DNA of 64,000 nucleotides from Squalus acanthias (taxonomy: Eukaryota): the NCBI GenBank assembly GCA_030390025.1, contig CM059432.1:32118001-32182000 (forward strand), in the 5' to 3' direction. Within the stretch, counting starts at the first letter, position 1. Each line of letters starts with the position of its first letter. The position numbers and the translations under genes are program-made. The notes under the pieces are model-generated. The model worked only from the letters and a program-made list of their open reading frames with translations. It ran no database searches and was not told the origin of the DNA. Below, piece by piece: positions 11,735 through 24,455 of this stretch.

Positions 11735-13765
11735 TCCCACCACTGCCACTCCGCCATTGCCCTTGTCGCTGCCTGTCATCCAGCCAGCCCAGACTGCTGA
11801 GATGGTGCAGTCTACAGCCAGGCCTTCCAGGCCCAGAGCTGGTTGAGGGCGTCCTGCAAGGCCATCTGAAGTCTCCCTCACGGACACTCAGCAGCCTTTC
11901 ATCAGCCCTGCTGCAGCCATTGGGCCAACACTTCGTAGCAACACTAGAGTAGGCAAAGGCACAATAACTAGAGGCACTAAGGGATTGTACAAGGGTGAAC
12001 AGTTAATATTTTTGTTGTAAATATGTGTTCACAGCTTTATGCTGTGACAGGGATGGAATGATGGGGATGTTGTGAGCAACGGGGATCTGGAGTTTAATTC
12101 ATTCGAACCGCAGTCTGATGAGGCGGTTATGGACCGCCCTTCTGGAAGGCTGATTGAGTGGATGCCTCCTCCCTCGCTCCTGTTCCTCCTCCTCCTTGTC
12201 CTCCTCCTCTCCCACTTCCTCCTCCTGAGGTGGTCCCGCAATCCCTGGTGGCAAGGGCTGGACCCTCATGATGGCTAAGTTGTGGAGCATGCAGCAGACC
12301 ACCAGAAAATGGGGCACCCGCTCAGCCGAGTACCGGAGGGCTCCTCCTGAGTGGTTAAGGCAGTGGACCGTTGCTTGAGCACTCCGATGGTCTGCTCGAT
12401 GATGTTCCTGATGGCAGCATAGCTCTCCTTATGTGAGTGCTGGGCAGGAGTGTTGGGGTTATGGAGAGGAGTCATGAGCCAGGTGGAGAGCGGATAGCTC
12501 TTGTCTCTGAGCAGCCAGCCGTGAGCTTGATGTGGTGGCTGGAAGAGTGCTAGCACACCGGTCTGGCGCAGGATGAAGGCATCGTGGCTGCTACCAGGAT
12601 AGCGGGCATTGACATTGAAGATTAGCTGTCTGTGGTCGCACACCAACTGCACATTAAGTGAGTGGTAGCCTTTGCGGTTACGGAAAATCTCAGGATTGTT
12701 ATCCAATGCCCGCAAAGCCACGTGGGTGCAATCAATGGCGCCCTGCACCATGGGGAATCCCGCTATCCTGGAAAAGCTGCATGCATGCTCGTCCTGCTTC
12801 TGGTGATGGGGAAGGAAATATAATCCCTTCTCCTACTGTAGAGAGCCTCTGTGGCCTCCCGGATGCAGCGATGGATGGCGAACTGGAGATGTTAGCTATG
12901 TCTCCTGTTGCAGACTGGAAGGATCCGCTGGCGAAAAAATTGAGGGCGACGGTGACCTTGACTGCCACTGGAGGAGCCATGGCTGCCTTGATCTGAGGCT
13001 GGAGGTCTAGTGCAGGAGGTGGCAGAGTTCTGTGACCACCTCCTTGGTGAAGCGGAGCCTTCTAATACACTGCTCCTCGCTTAATTGGAGTTAGGAGAAG
13101 TGCTCTCGGAATACCCTCAGGGGGTAAGGCTTCCTGTTGAGAGCCCTGATGGCCCTCCTCCTCCCTCTGGGCACATGTTCCAGTCTTTCTCGCTGCCTCC
13201 GCTCCCTCCGCTGTAAATCCTGGAGGGCGAGGTTGACTGCTAGTACAGCCCCCATTAATGTAACCAAGTGTAGCAGTTTGATTTTTTAAAGAATAAATGT
13301 AGCTACTTTTTAGTTGCCACAACACTCCTGATACTAAATAACCTTGAAATTATGGAATGAGACTGTTGAACTATGTGAACCTGACAAGAAAGCACTGAAA
13401 CTCCACTAACCTACAGCTGTGACTCATTACTGATGATCCCTTTAAATAACGTCCCTGGAGCTGGCTTCCTGCTGCTTCATGCCAGCTCTCACTGTTGCTG
13501 TTTCCTCCAGGCGCTAAGGTAAGTGCGACAATCAATTTTGCAGATCAGGCGGCCAGTGAGCGTTGCACACTCACTGACGTCACGATCCACCTGGCTTTGA
13601 GGCTCCCGGCGATACCTGTTCATGGCGGCACTGCGGGGAGAGGGGGGAGGCAGGTGTTGGTGTGCGCCGTTGGATTCGCCTCACCCCGGCAATACTGCTC
13701 TAGTGCCCTGTTAGCGCCATCTGCTGGCGTTAATAGGAGGCACTAAGGTCCTGAATTTTTCGCCC
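11735..13765 (-). mobile_element. Decayed, formerly autonomous PIF/Harbinger element, truncated on the Myb side
   Basis: Terminus GGGCGAAAAATTCAG on - strand from 13765. Transposase on - strand. Convergent Myb-gene C-terminus on + strand (~11740-12000: GRPARPS..TLRSNTRVGKG). Confidence 0.88.
12099..13255 (-). pseudogene. HARBI1-like Harbinger DDE transposase, disrupted by stops and frameshifts
   Basis: MGAV..RLRFTKEVVTELCHLL; VAVKVTVALNFFASGSFQ; VQGAIDCTHV; NRKGYHSLNVQLVCD; YPGSSHDAFIL; WLLRDKSYPL; IIEQTIGVLKQR; CCMLHNLAI, spread over several frames. Confidence 0.93.
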
Positions 13766-14834
13766 ATTGTGCCAAAATGGAGTTAGTCTCTGAAATGGGT
13801 TGGGCCTTTTGGGCCTAATAGCCTTTTTCTATTCCAAACAATCCTTCAGTTCTTACTGGGGTTAAATTTCCCTTTAACCGAAAGAACTTCACTTCATCTG
13901 GCAGAGATTAACCTCTCTGGTGACCCCAGAGACAGGCATTGTTATGTAGATGTTTGTGCTGTAACTCAATGTGAAGGATTCTTGGCTGTTCCTGTCCTAC
14001 GCCCACCTAAGTCACAGATGTAACACACTTCCATCAAAGGCACTGGTGGATTTCCTATTCATCAAACGCTAAGCATCAATAGCATTGTGAAATCACAGCA
14101 GCTTTGCATTCAATAATATACACATAAGTACAGGAAGAAAAAGCAAATTAGTCCCTGTAGGTGTATCAATGTGCATTCATGGTGCGCAGACCTAGAAAGC
14201 ACTCAAGTCTGGGACTAGGCGATGTGGTAGGTTCGAGCATATTGGAGCTTCCCTGAAGTTTCATGATTGTATGCATTGTGGGGCATTGTACTATGCCAAG
14301 AAGGCCCCGAGTTCAAGACCTATGCTGAGTTAGCTCATCACGACCTGGGTGGCGTTTGGGGTGTTAAAAGTGGCATCAACAGCTCGGAGATAGTGAGGGA
14401 AAGAATCAGCTAGAGTTATGTCCAGTGATTTCTGCTGGAAATTGGTTTGTAAGGCCAGATGAGGACCTTCCATGTAAAATAGCCTGCCAACAATTATAAT
14501 CTAGGTTCAGACTCATCCGTGCGTCAGCTTGATTTGGTAAGACTCCTGCCTCAAGAGTCAGAAGGTTGTGGTGCAAGCCGCACTCCAGCAGATAGAGGGT
14601 AGTTTTCTGACTTTATGTTCCATGCAGAGAGCCTTGCCAGATGGGAAAGCATAACTTGTCCATGCAGTGCACACGGTGTCGGACTATTTCAAATGGTGGA
14701 ACATCGTGCGCCAGGTGTGCCTGAATTTATGATATGTGGTTGGTGAGGCTTCCTGTCAAGGGTATGAAGTTAAAAAATTAGCCCTGTATTTTAGGCAACA
14801 CTCCAGTGCAGTACTGTGGGACCAACTTCAAGCA

Positions 14835-15170
14835 GAAAAATAGAAATAAGGAGAAACTGTTTCCAGTGGCAGTAGGGTCACCAACCAGAGGACACAGATT
14901 TAGGTAATTGGCAAAAAAAAACAGAAGCAATATGAAGGGAAAAAAATTTGCACAGCGAGTTGTTATAATCTGGAATGCACTGCCTGAAAGGATGGTGGAA
15001 GCAGATTCAATAATAAATTTCAAAAAGGAATTAGCTAATTACTTGAAAAGGAAAAATTTGCAGGGCTATGGGGAAAGAGCAGGGGAGTGGGACTAATTGG
15101 ATCGCTCTTTCAAAGAGCCGGCACAGGCACAATGGGCCAAATGGCCTCCTTCTGTGCTCTATCATTCTAG
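14835..15170 (+). mobile_element. CR1 3' fragment
   Basis: FAQRVVIIWNALPERMVEADSIINFKKEL, followed by the CR1 3' UTR (gggccaaatggcctccttctgtgc). Confidence 0.85.
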
Positions 15171-15789
15171 AGTTGGAGGTGCCATTCTTTGGATGAGACC
15201 TTAAACCAAGGCCCTACCTGTCTGTTCAGATGGAACAGTAAAGGTCCTATAGCACTATTCAAAGAAGACCAAGCCTGGTCTCTCTGTATCCTGGCCGACA
15301 TTCCTCCTTCAACCAACATCACCAAAGACAGATTATCTGGTCAATCGATAAATTACATATCGAGAGTGCTGCTCACATGCAGAAGGACGTCTCAGAGCAT
15401 TTTACATTACTATGATCATAAAAGAATGGACACTAAGCATGAACATTAGAGAAAAGGAAAGTATTGGGGGCAGGGTGAAAGCATGGTTGAAGGAAAGTGT
15501 CTTTAGGGGCCTTTAAAAGCAGAGAATCAATTGACAAAGCAGAGGCGTTGAGTGCTGAACTTCCAGAGCAGGGGACACGAAGGCTGAAGGTGCCACTGCC
15601 AATGATGGAATGGAGAATGCAGGGTACAATGTGCTGGAGAAGCGCAGTATGCAAGGAGGGACATGTGGCTGGAGGAGATCACTGGGATAGGGTGGGACAA
15701 GTCCATGGAAAGATTTGAAGGGCAGATAAGGATCTTGAAGTCAATTCAGCGGCGCACAGGGAGCCAGCTAAGTTTGGCAAGGATAAAAA

Positions 15790-16242
15790 AAGAACTTGCA
15801 TTTACGACCTTTCACAACCTCAGTATGTCCCAAAGCATTTTACAGGCAATTATGTGCTTTCGAAGTGTAATCACTGTTGTAATGTATGGTAATGCGGCAG
15901 CCAACATGCACGCAGCAAGCTCCCACAAACAGCAATGAGATAATGCTCAGATAATCTGTTTTAGTGATGTTGATTAAGGGATAAATATTGGCCAGGACAT
16001 AGAGAACTCCCCCACTCTTCCTCAAATAGTGCCATGGGATTTTTTATGTCCACCTGAAAGGGCAAACAGGTTCTCGGCTTAACATCACATCTGAAAGACA
16101 GCACCTCCAACAGTGCAGCAACCCTCAAAAATGCACTGATGTGACAGCTTAGATTTTGCGCTGGAGTCTCCGGAGCAGGGCTTGAAACCACAACCTCCTG
16201 ACTCAGAGGTGAGAGTGCTACCACTGAGCCACGGCTGACACC
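15790..16242 (-). mobile_element. Near full-length Deu-type SINE
   Basis: Reverse complement aligns with the copy at 42889-43350. Confidence 0.85.
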
Positions 16243-16499
16243 TTTATTGTGCACTACTCTGGCTTGGCACGGCATAGTCCACCCCATTACAGCCACCCTG
16301 ACCAAAACTGTTCAGCTTACAGCACCAAGGAGAAAGATAATCGATATGAATGCATAAATGTTGGGGGAAATTTTAAACTTTGCTGCCAGGACAGATCACT
16401 CGCCCTTTATAGAACCTTTAATGGAACGAAGATCAAGTGGGTTCAACAACAGATGGCTGATCTGTTCTGCCAAACTGGCGAAAAAGAAAATGACCCTCA

Positions 16500-17460
16500 T
16501 TGTGTCGACTGCGCATTTTAGCCATTGCACGTCCAGTGTTACACTGATCTATATTCAAATTTCTTTATTACACTTGCATCCAATGGGAAAGGTCCCACGC
16601 AGGCCGCTCACCAGCTTTTCCATTGTAAATATCACACATGAGCAGAAATTTAAAGGGACCACACATTAAAAGAAACAGGCCGCGCAGAACAAAGCGCAGC
16701 TTACAGGGTTGCATCTGGTTGGCTCAAATTTCATGGCCTGGCGTTTCCGTTAGGTTGCGCTGCTATTTCCAGCACAATTCAGCCAAAATCGGCCGAACCA
16801 GCACAAATTACGTCCAGCACAAATCGAGTTTCTGCAATTTTCTGCGCTGCTTTACAAAATATCGCGCTGGAAGCCGGCCCCGCCCACAAATTTGGCCACA
16901 CCCCCAGATCGAACTAATCACCTTGGTGAGTCTCCGCTAAATGTGCCCGTTTGAGGGCCTTCGAAGACGCTCTTAATATTAAGCTTTTTTTTAGGCACTA
17001 GGGAAAAATAGGCACTTTTTAAAAGTATTTTACATTTTCTTTTAATTTACGAAGAAACTGACTACTGTACACCAATGTAACTAATAAATGGTTCTATATA
17101 GTTTTTTTTTAAGTCATTTTCAAGTTATTCAGAATTGGGTTACTCACAGGTGGTGGACAAGACACTGATTAAAAATGCTTTTTTTTTGTTATAATCTAAT
17201 TTTCAGCTGTATTAATAAAACTGCAGCAGGTTACCACTCTGAAATATATCAAGGAATATTTTTAACGCAAATTTTTTTTTAAATCACGTTCTAAAACGCT
17301 GCCCGATTCCGCTGGTTCATGGAAGATTTTATGTTCCGCGAAATGCATATGAGTTTGAGCGGAAATTTGAGCAAAAAAAACACTTCTGAAAACGAACGAA
17401 ATTTTGAACGCAATTTGCACCTGGATCGCCGATTGCACCCAAAGTGGATACTCTTAGCCC
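16500..17460. mobile_element. Harbinger-like non-autonomous element, inverted relative to 27365-28075
   Basis: End ggatcgccgattgcacccaaagtggatactcttagccc is the reverse complement of the start at 27365, and the AT-rich interior is shared. Left boundary uncertain. Confidence 0.7.
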
Positions 17461-20076
17461 ATATTTATAAAAACCGTAACAAATTACTACTGAATCAGCA
17501 AATGGCAAACAGGAATAAAGCCAGCATTAACTTGCAATAAAGCAAGAAGGCAAACCAATCAAATCACTCAAAAAAATGTTAAAAATCTTTTTGCCTGCCA
17601 TCTTGGGTTCGGCACTATTCTGAAGACATACGACAGCAAATAAAATTGTAATATAATAAAGAAATAAAAAATGACCAGATTTATAAGAAAATTGATTTAA
17701 ATTCACCAGAATGCCTATATGTAGCAATTTCTATGTTTGAACTGCCTGTAACAGTATTTTCCATTGGAAAGCCTTTACCTCCATAACAAGCCTCAGCCTG
17801 CAGTTCATGGGGCTCCCAGAGCCACCATTCTTAGCTGAGAGATGTGCCAATTTGTAGGATGTGTCTGTCTGAGAATTTTTTTATATTTGAATAATTAAAA
17901 GACTATGGCAATTCACAGAGCATGCCAGGACTTGTTGTTTGCAAGCCTGCCCTCTCCTGCACTGATCTTTATCAAAGGAAAGTTACTGCAGATAAAACTG
18001 CCCAGAGAATTCATTATTAGAAACAGTAACGCCAATTTGAATTAATTTTGAATGCAAAGCAAAACCGTGCTATGGTATGAACTGTTCAGCTTTTTCTGAG
18101 GTAATCTTGATAGTGAAACCAGTGTCTACTATACACTAGCTGATCTGCTGCAAATACATTCAGCAAGTTTGGTAAGTAAGCTCAATGCAAATGCAGCTGA
18201 GAGGTAAACTAGCAAGTCAGGCAGGAGTAGGTCTTTATATTTTATAATACATTCTAAATGGTTACAGCATCCATCTTTATTTTATTTATATTTACATTGA
18301 GAACTTGAAAACGATCACTGTTCATATCTACAGTAGCATGTTCTGAAAGGACTCTAACATTTTTCAAGTTCGGAAGGAGGCTCTGAATAAAAGTTCTAAT
18401 TTAAACATGTATATTTCAGTAGACTACTTTGGTGACACTGTTGCAGAGATATTTGGTAAAGAAGGAAAGATGCAAATTACTTTAATATTTGTTTTCTCTG
18501 CATTCCCAAAGCCTTTCTATCACCCACAAGGCACAAGTCAGGAGTATCTGTGTAAGCCTTGGTCTCTCTTTTGGTGGAAGGAATCCTGCTGAGAGCCCGC
18601 CACGCATATTGAATAACCTCCAGCCGAGGGCAACGGGTTGTGGTTGGGGCAGAGTCAGAGGGGTAGGCAGAAGTCCTGCTTCACTGCTACTCCACCCTGA
18701 AGAGGAGAATCCAACCCTAGGTATCGCACACTGTTCTGACACAAAGGCCTAGAAATTCGAGCGTGCTTGAATGGTGAAGCCTGAGGCGCACCCTATATTG
18801 GGCCTCAGGCCTCAGGATGATCGAGCCTGCGAGCTGCAGATAACTAATAAGCGTCCCAAGCCAGCTCACCAGCGATGTGGAATAGTGGCTGGCTGCAAGA
18901 CGGAAAGCAAAGAGTAGGGGTAAAAGGTAGCTATTCAGAGTGGCAGAAGGTGGAAAGTGGGGTCCCACAAGGATCAGTGCAGGGATCACTGTTGCTCACA
19001 ATTTAATTTAACGATTTAGACTTTGGAATCAAAAATACAATTTCTAAATTTGCGGATGACACCAAATTGGAGGGGGTTTGTCAATACTGAGGAGGACTGC
19101 AACAAATTACAAGAAGACATTAATAAACTTGCAGAATGGGCATATAATTGGCAAATGAATGTCAACACAGATAAGTGTGAGGGATTAAATTTAGATAAGA
19201 AAAATAAGGAGGTCACATATTACTTGGAAAATAAGAATCTAAATGGGGTAGAGGAGCAAAGGGATCTGGGAGTACAAATACACAAATCACTAAAAGTAGC
19301 GACACAGGTTAATAAGGTCATAAAAAAGCAAACCAAACATTAGGGTTTATTTCTAGAGGGATAGAATCGTAAAGTAGAGAGGTTATGCTAAACCTATATT
19401 GAACTTTGGCGTATTGTGTACAATTCTGGTCACCATATTATAAAAAGGATATAGAGGCACTGGAGAGGGTGCAAAAAAGATTTACAAGGATGATACCAGA
19501 AATGCGAGGGTATACCTATCAGGAAAGGATAAACAGGTTGGGGGGGGGGGACGAAATTCGGTTGATTTGTGCCTCCCATTAGCACCCTAAGAGGGCGCTA
19601 ACAGGGCACAAAGCAACTAGCGCCCAGGCGCGGCGCTGCTAACGCCTCCCACGAAATTCAGTGGAAGGTTATCAGCAGCGGTAACCGTTAGCGCCCCACA
19701 GTACAGCGCCTCCGACGATGATGTCATCGGTGTGCGCAGCGCCCCGCTCGCGCCCCAGCTGCAATCTTCGGTAGCGCACCCTGACTTACCACCGGACACT
19801 ATGTCCGACAGGGTAAGGGGGGCCTACCTGCAGCTGGGGCGGCGCAAATTAAAGGGTAGGTGCCGGGTGGCCATTTTTGTTGCTGGCCGCCTGCCAGCAC
19901 ATGCCCCCGTTGCTGTCCCCGGCCTCCTGTAAAGCCCCCCCCGGCGGGGTGCCGGCTGCGCTACATGAGCCCGGCATTCCTCTTGAGTGCCGGCCTCTTT
20001 TGCCGGCTCTCCAATCCCTGGTGGCTCAGCTGGGCCCCGGGTCTAGGCCCCTCCCCTATAATAGGGGAGGAAGGCC

Positions 20077-22271
20077 TGAAGGGATAATTACTAGTCCTAG
20101 CACTTTTCAGGCTACCCCGGATCAGGCGTATTCCCCAGACGTTCACCTTCAACTAAAGTTAGAGATAGCCGAATCCTATAAGACGCTTAATTGGGTCTAA
20201 AGGTCCAGACTATCTCTCCCTAAAGGAAAGGAATGACTTGAAGATGTTACCGTCCTCCTCATAGCACTTTTAATAAGTTTAACTAGACTGTAACCTTCCG
20301 GATATTATGAGGGTCCAGAAAACTCCCCCAGAATTCTGCAACTCCTCACCAAAGAGTGTACAGAGATTGAGTTTGCGAGTTTGATACAGAAGTACTGTGT
20401 GAGACAATTCTAAAAATATATAGATTTATTAAAGAACCGACATGTAGTTAACAGTTGGTGATTCAATCGCAACTTTAACAGTTCTAAAAACAAATAGCTT
20501 ACAATTCTTATTCTCTGAGATCCTTATTCTCAAATCTTAACTTTGTTACATTTTTACCTTTCTACTTATTCTTAATCCAGAATATCCACCAAAATCAAAT
20601 ACCTTTGATTACCCGAGACTCAAAAGAGTTGAAAACTTACAGAGCTTGCCTCTGAAGTTGAGAATCGCTTGCCCCTTCCAGCGAATTCTGACTTCCTATC
20701 TGAAAGCTCTATATTTTATACCCTTTCTCAGTGGTATATTCTTTGAAGTTTTCTGCAGATGTAAGCTAATTATCTCTAGTCATATTTCTGTTGACTTCTT
20801 TCTATTCTTACTTTCAATTCAGCTGCTGCATGCAGAATTATGTCTGCAGTGTAGGTGTTCAAAACTTGTCATAAAAAATGGTTATAACAGATGTATCTAC
20901 TTGATGCCATTTTTACGAAGGTCTTCTATTGAATTCTTAAATCACCTCAGCTGGTTGTAAGCCAGACTTCGGGTCTCCTAACTGTTCCAAGTTCAATACA
21001 AAAACCATGTGATTGCTTGGTGCATCTATTGATGTCATATTTATGAAGTCATATGTTTCTATCTTTTACAACATGTAAATTTAAACCCATTTCAACCGAG
21101 TACATGATTGTCTTCCTAGCTACTTCAATTGGTTGTACCAAGAATTATGTCTCCTGTCTTTCATTTGATGTCATATTTATGAAGGCATATGGTTCTTTAA
21201 TGTTCTGTGTTTCTGTTTGAAGTGTTAGGGGGAAAAATTCAGCTGCTTGCGCCTCCCGTTAGCGCCTTAAGAGGGCGCTAATGGGGCGTAAAGCAGCTAA
21301 CGCCCGGGCGCAGCGCCGCCCACGCCTCCCGAAAAATTTAGTGGGAGGTTAGCGGCGGCGGCAGCCGGTAGCGCCCTGTGGCGCTGCGCCGCCGGCGATG
21401 ACGTCATCGCCGTGCGCAGCACCCCGCTCGCGCCCCGGCCGTGATCTTCAGTCGCACCCCCTGATTTACCGCCAGACGCTATGTCCGACGGGTTCAGGGA
21501 GGCGTACGTGCGGCCGGGGCGGCGATATTTAAAGCGGAGGTGGCAGGCGGCCATTTTTGTTGCTGGCCGCCTGCCAGCACCTGTCCCCGGCCCCCGTGAA
21601 GTGCCGGCTGCGCTCCAAGAGCCCGGCACTTCTCTTGAGTGCCGGGCTCTTTTGCCGGCACTCCCGATCCCTGGGGGCCCAGCTGGGCCCCGGTTCGCGC
21701 TGCGCAGGGTCCCTCCCCTTTAAGAAGGGGAGGAAGGCCTGCAATACCGCGGCGCGACGTGCTGCAGCGCGTGGCGCTGTGGCACGTAGCGCCAGGATAT
21801 TCACTCGCAGCGCCCCAAGAGGGATGCGGGGTGCTTCCAGTTGCGCCCCGCTTCCCTCTTGGGGCGCAACCACTGAAGTTCCGGCGCGGGGCCGCTAATT
21901 TTTTCGGGGCGCTAAAAGTCGCGCCCCGGCGAGGTTAGCGCCCCAAATGGGGCGCGACTCAATTTTTACCCCTTAGTTTATAACACTTTAAGCTGGGTAT
22001 AACTATTGTGTTCTTTCCAAACTGCAGACTTCTTGGAAACTCCAACCCTTTGCTTCAATAGGGTCATTGTCTCAGTGTCAACAACCAATTCCCATTTCAA
22101 AGCTTGAATGGTGTTTACAGCTTTGTGACTCATCTTATCTCAGAAGCCTATATTTACAGCTTTGTGTCGTTGAGGTTTTTAGATTTTAAAATCCAGTTTG
22201 TCATATTTTAATAAGGCTAGAATTCTGTTCATAGGATGGTATATTTTTCTGAATATGGCTATTCCTTTACA
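20077..22271 (-). mobile_element. Solo LTR (~1.45 kb after removing the nested MITE) of an ERV or Gypsy-type element
   Basis: TG...CA ends with imperfect terminal IR and 4-bp TSD GGCC (20073-20076 / 22272-22275). On - strand: TATAAAA 20720-20714, GTAAGT 20640-20635, AATAAA 20430-20425. Confidence 0.82.
21228..21972. mobile_element. Young CpG-rich Harbinger MITE
   Basis: TIR GGGGGAAAAATTCAG / GGGGTAAAAATTGAG and TTA TSD (21225-21227 / 21973-21975). Confidence 0.93.
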
Positions 22272-23129
22272 GGCCTACAGTACCGCCGTGTGGCTTTACT
22301 CCCTCTTGGGGTGCTACCAGTGAATTTTGGGGGTGGGGTCGCTAACTCTGGGGCACTAAAAGTAGCGAAGTTAGCACCCCAGAGGGGACGCAACCCAATT
22401 TTGCCCCCCGTCTCTTTTCTCTTGAAAAGAGAAAGCTGAAGGGTGGCCTAATAGAGGTCTTTAAAATCATGAAAAGTTAGATACAGAGAGAGTGTTTCCA
22501 CTTGTGGGGAGGAGCAAAACTAGAGGCCATCATTAAAAGAAGATAGTCACAAAGAAATCAAATAGGGAATTCTGGAGAATTCACCCAAAGAGTGGTGAGA
22601 ATGTGGAGCTCGCTACCACAGGGAGTAGTTGAGGCGAATAGTATAGCTGCATTTAAGGGGAGGCTAGATAAGCATATGAGGGAGAAGGGAATAGAGGGTT
22701 ATGCTGATAGATTTAGATGAGGAAGGATGGGAAGTGGCACGACTGGAGCATAAACTCCGGCATGGATTGGTTGGACCGAATGGCCCGTTTCTGTGCCGTA
22801 TATTCTTCGTAATTCTATGTAATTCTGGGTTGCTGAAGCAATACGTTGTAATCAAACTGAACAAAGGTAAGGAGATCTAAAACAAGAAAGACTGCAGAGT
22901 GGAGCAATAAACACTCTTAAAAACAAACATACTGTCCACCGGAGAACCCCTGATATGCAATTTCTTAAACAGATTGTCTCAGTTCCTGTAGATGTCAGAT
23001 CTGATATGGAATACTGCCAAGGTTTGCAAACAGCTGCACAGGCACCCTGCCAAACAGTGGGAGCGTCACCCAAATAACATAACTCCTCCTCGTGACTGTC
23101 TCTGACACTTATTGCAATGGCAGAATCGT

Positions 23130-23590
23130 TAAGGCAGGGAGAAAGAGGAGGCAAAGAGAAAGAGGGAGGGAATAATAGGGAGAGGGGAAGAAAGAATATC
23201 GGGGAGGGATGGAGGATGAAAGGGAGAGGGAGAATGTGAGATAGGGAGACAGGGTATAAGCATGGAGAATGAGAGTGTGAGAGAGAAAATGAGAGGTGAA
23301 CGAGAAATGGGGAATGAGAATGAGAGAGAGGGATGAAGGAGAATAAGGAAGTGGAAATGAAGAAGAGCGAAAATGAAGGAGGGAGAATGAAAGAAGGGCA
23401 AAGAAGGGAGAATGAGAATTATAGAGAGGATAAAATAGTTATGTAGAGGGAAAATGTGAGTGAGAGAAAAAGAGAATACCAGAGGAATGCAGGTAGCAAA
23501 TGAGAGAGGGAGAGAATGCGAGTGGGGTACAGGGAAAAGGTGTATAAATGAGGTGGAGAAAGGGAGAATGAAAAAGGAGAAAAGAAACAG
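23130..23590. repeat. GA-rich low-complexity tract
   Basis: Almost purely purine on + strand. Confidence 0.9.
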
Positions 23591-23802
23591 AATTCATGTT
23601 CTGACAATAACACTGTTAGAGGTGTTTTTCTACCAATGGAATGGAAGTGAAATGTCCCATCTTAGGGATGGGAATCGATGGGTAAAGAGAAACTGACAGT
23701 GCTGAGCACATACCACTTGAATATCACAGAACTACACAGGTAGCAATCACAGAGATATCTGTGGCAAACATCAATCCTCCTTCGCAACCAATTGAACCTT
23801 TA

Positions 23803-24455
23803 GGGGGAGACTTTCGGTTGGTTAGCGCCTCCCATTAGCGCCTGGGGAGGTGCTAATGGGGCGCCAAGGGGTTAGTGACCAGGTGCGGCGAATGCAGCGA
23901 CACCCGCGAACTTCAGTGCCGGTCTAACTCTTACCGCCTGGTTCTCTAGCACCTCACAGATCGTGACGTCATAAAGTGCGCAGTGGCCCGTTATCACCCC
24001 GGATGTGAAATTGCCTCCCGCTCCCTGCTGTATCGCCGGGCGTGAACAACAGCAGGATGAGGAGGTGTTGTCAACTCAGCTGGCCGCTTGGGGAGCGCTA
24101 ATTAAAGGGAATGGTTTTCAGGTAGGCCAACCTTTATTATTTGCACCAGTCTGGTGCCTGCTCAAAGTTTTTGATGTTTCATTGCTGCAAGATGTCCAAG
24201 CCCTCCATTTTGTGAGAGTGTTTGGGGCTGTAATGGCTGTCGCACAGGTCGCCTTGCAATGCAGAACTGCCGACAAGTAGGTTGTGCACCATCATTGGCC
24301 CTTCCCTTTAAGCGAGGGAAGCAGCCTCTGATGCCGTTAGCAATGCGCTCCAAATTGTTCAGCGCTCTGCCGCTACCACCCCGCTCTCGGACTTTAGCGA
24401 TCCTAAGAGAAGTGGTTAGGGCTTGATTTAGCGCTCCACTTCCCTCTTCTAGCCC
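23803..24455. mobile_element. Truncated Harbinger MITE related to 46365-47107 (opposite orientation)
   Basis: tta|gggggagactttcggttggttagcgcctcccattagcgcc start. gatttagcgctccac motif matches the reverse complement of sequence at ~46487-46500. Confidence 0.75.

Larger units (their letters stand above)
19541..22409. mobile_element. GC-rich Harbinger MITE (19541-20076 + 22272-22409), split by an LTR
   Basis: Aligns with 21228-21972. The join aaggcc|tacagtaccgcc restores the family sequence aaggcctgcaataccgc. TSD unresolved. Confidence 0.85.
18890..22822 (+). mobile_element. 5'-truncated CR1 LINE (18890-19540 + 22410-22822), host of a nested insertion stack
   Basis: RT motif FADDTKL at ~19049. 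Sequence aacaggttg continues as gtctcttttctcttgaaaagag after 22409. (TAATTCTATG)-type tail. Confidence 0.88.

Noticed and set aside
12099..13255. Domesticated HARBI1 gene
   Set aside because: Multiple stops and frameshifts, an adjacent TIR and a Myb remnant indicate a dead transposon.
21297..21938. Stack of overlapping ORFs in GC-rich sequence (also 46668-46987 and 48741-49415)
   Set aside because: Stop-poor GC-rich MITE interiors with no coding motifs.
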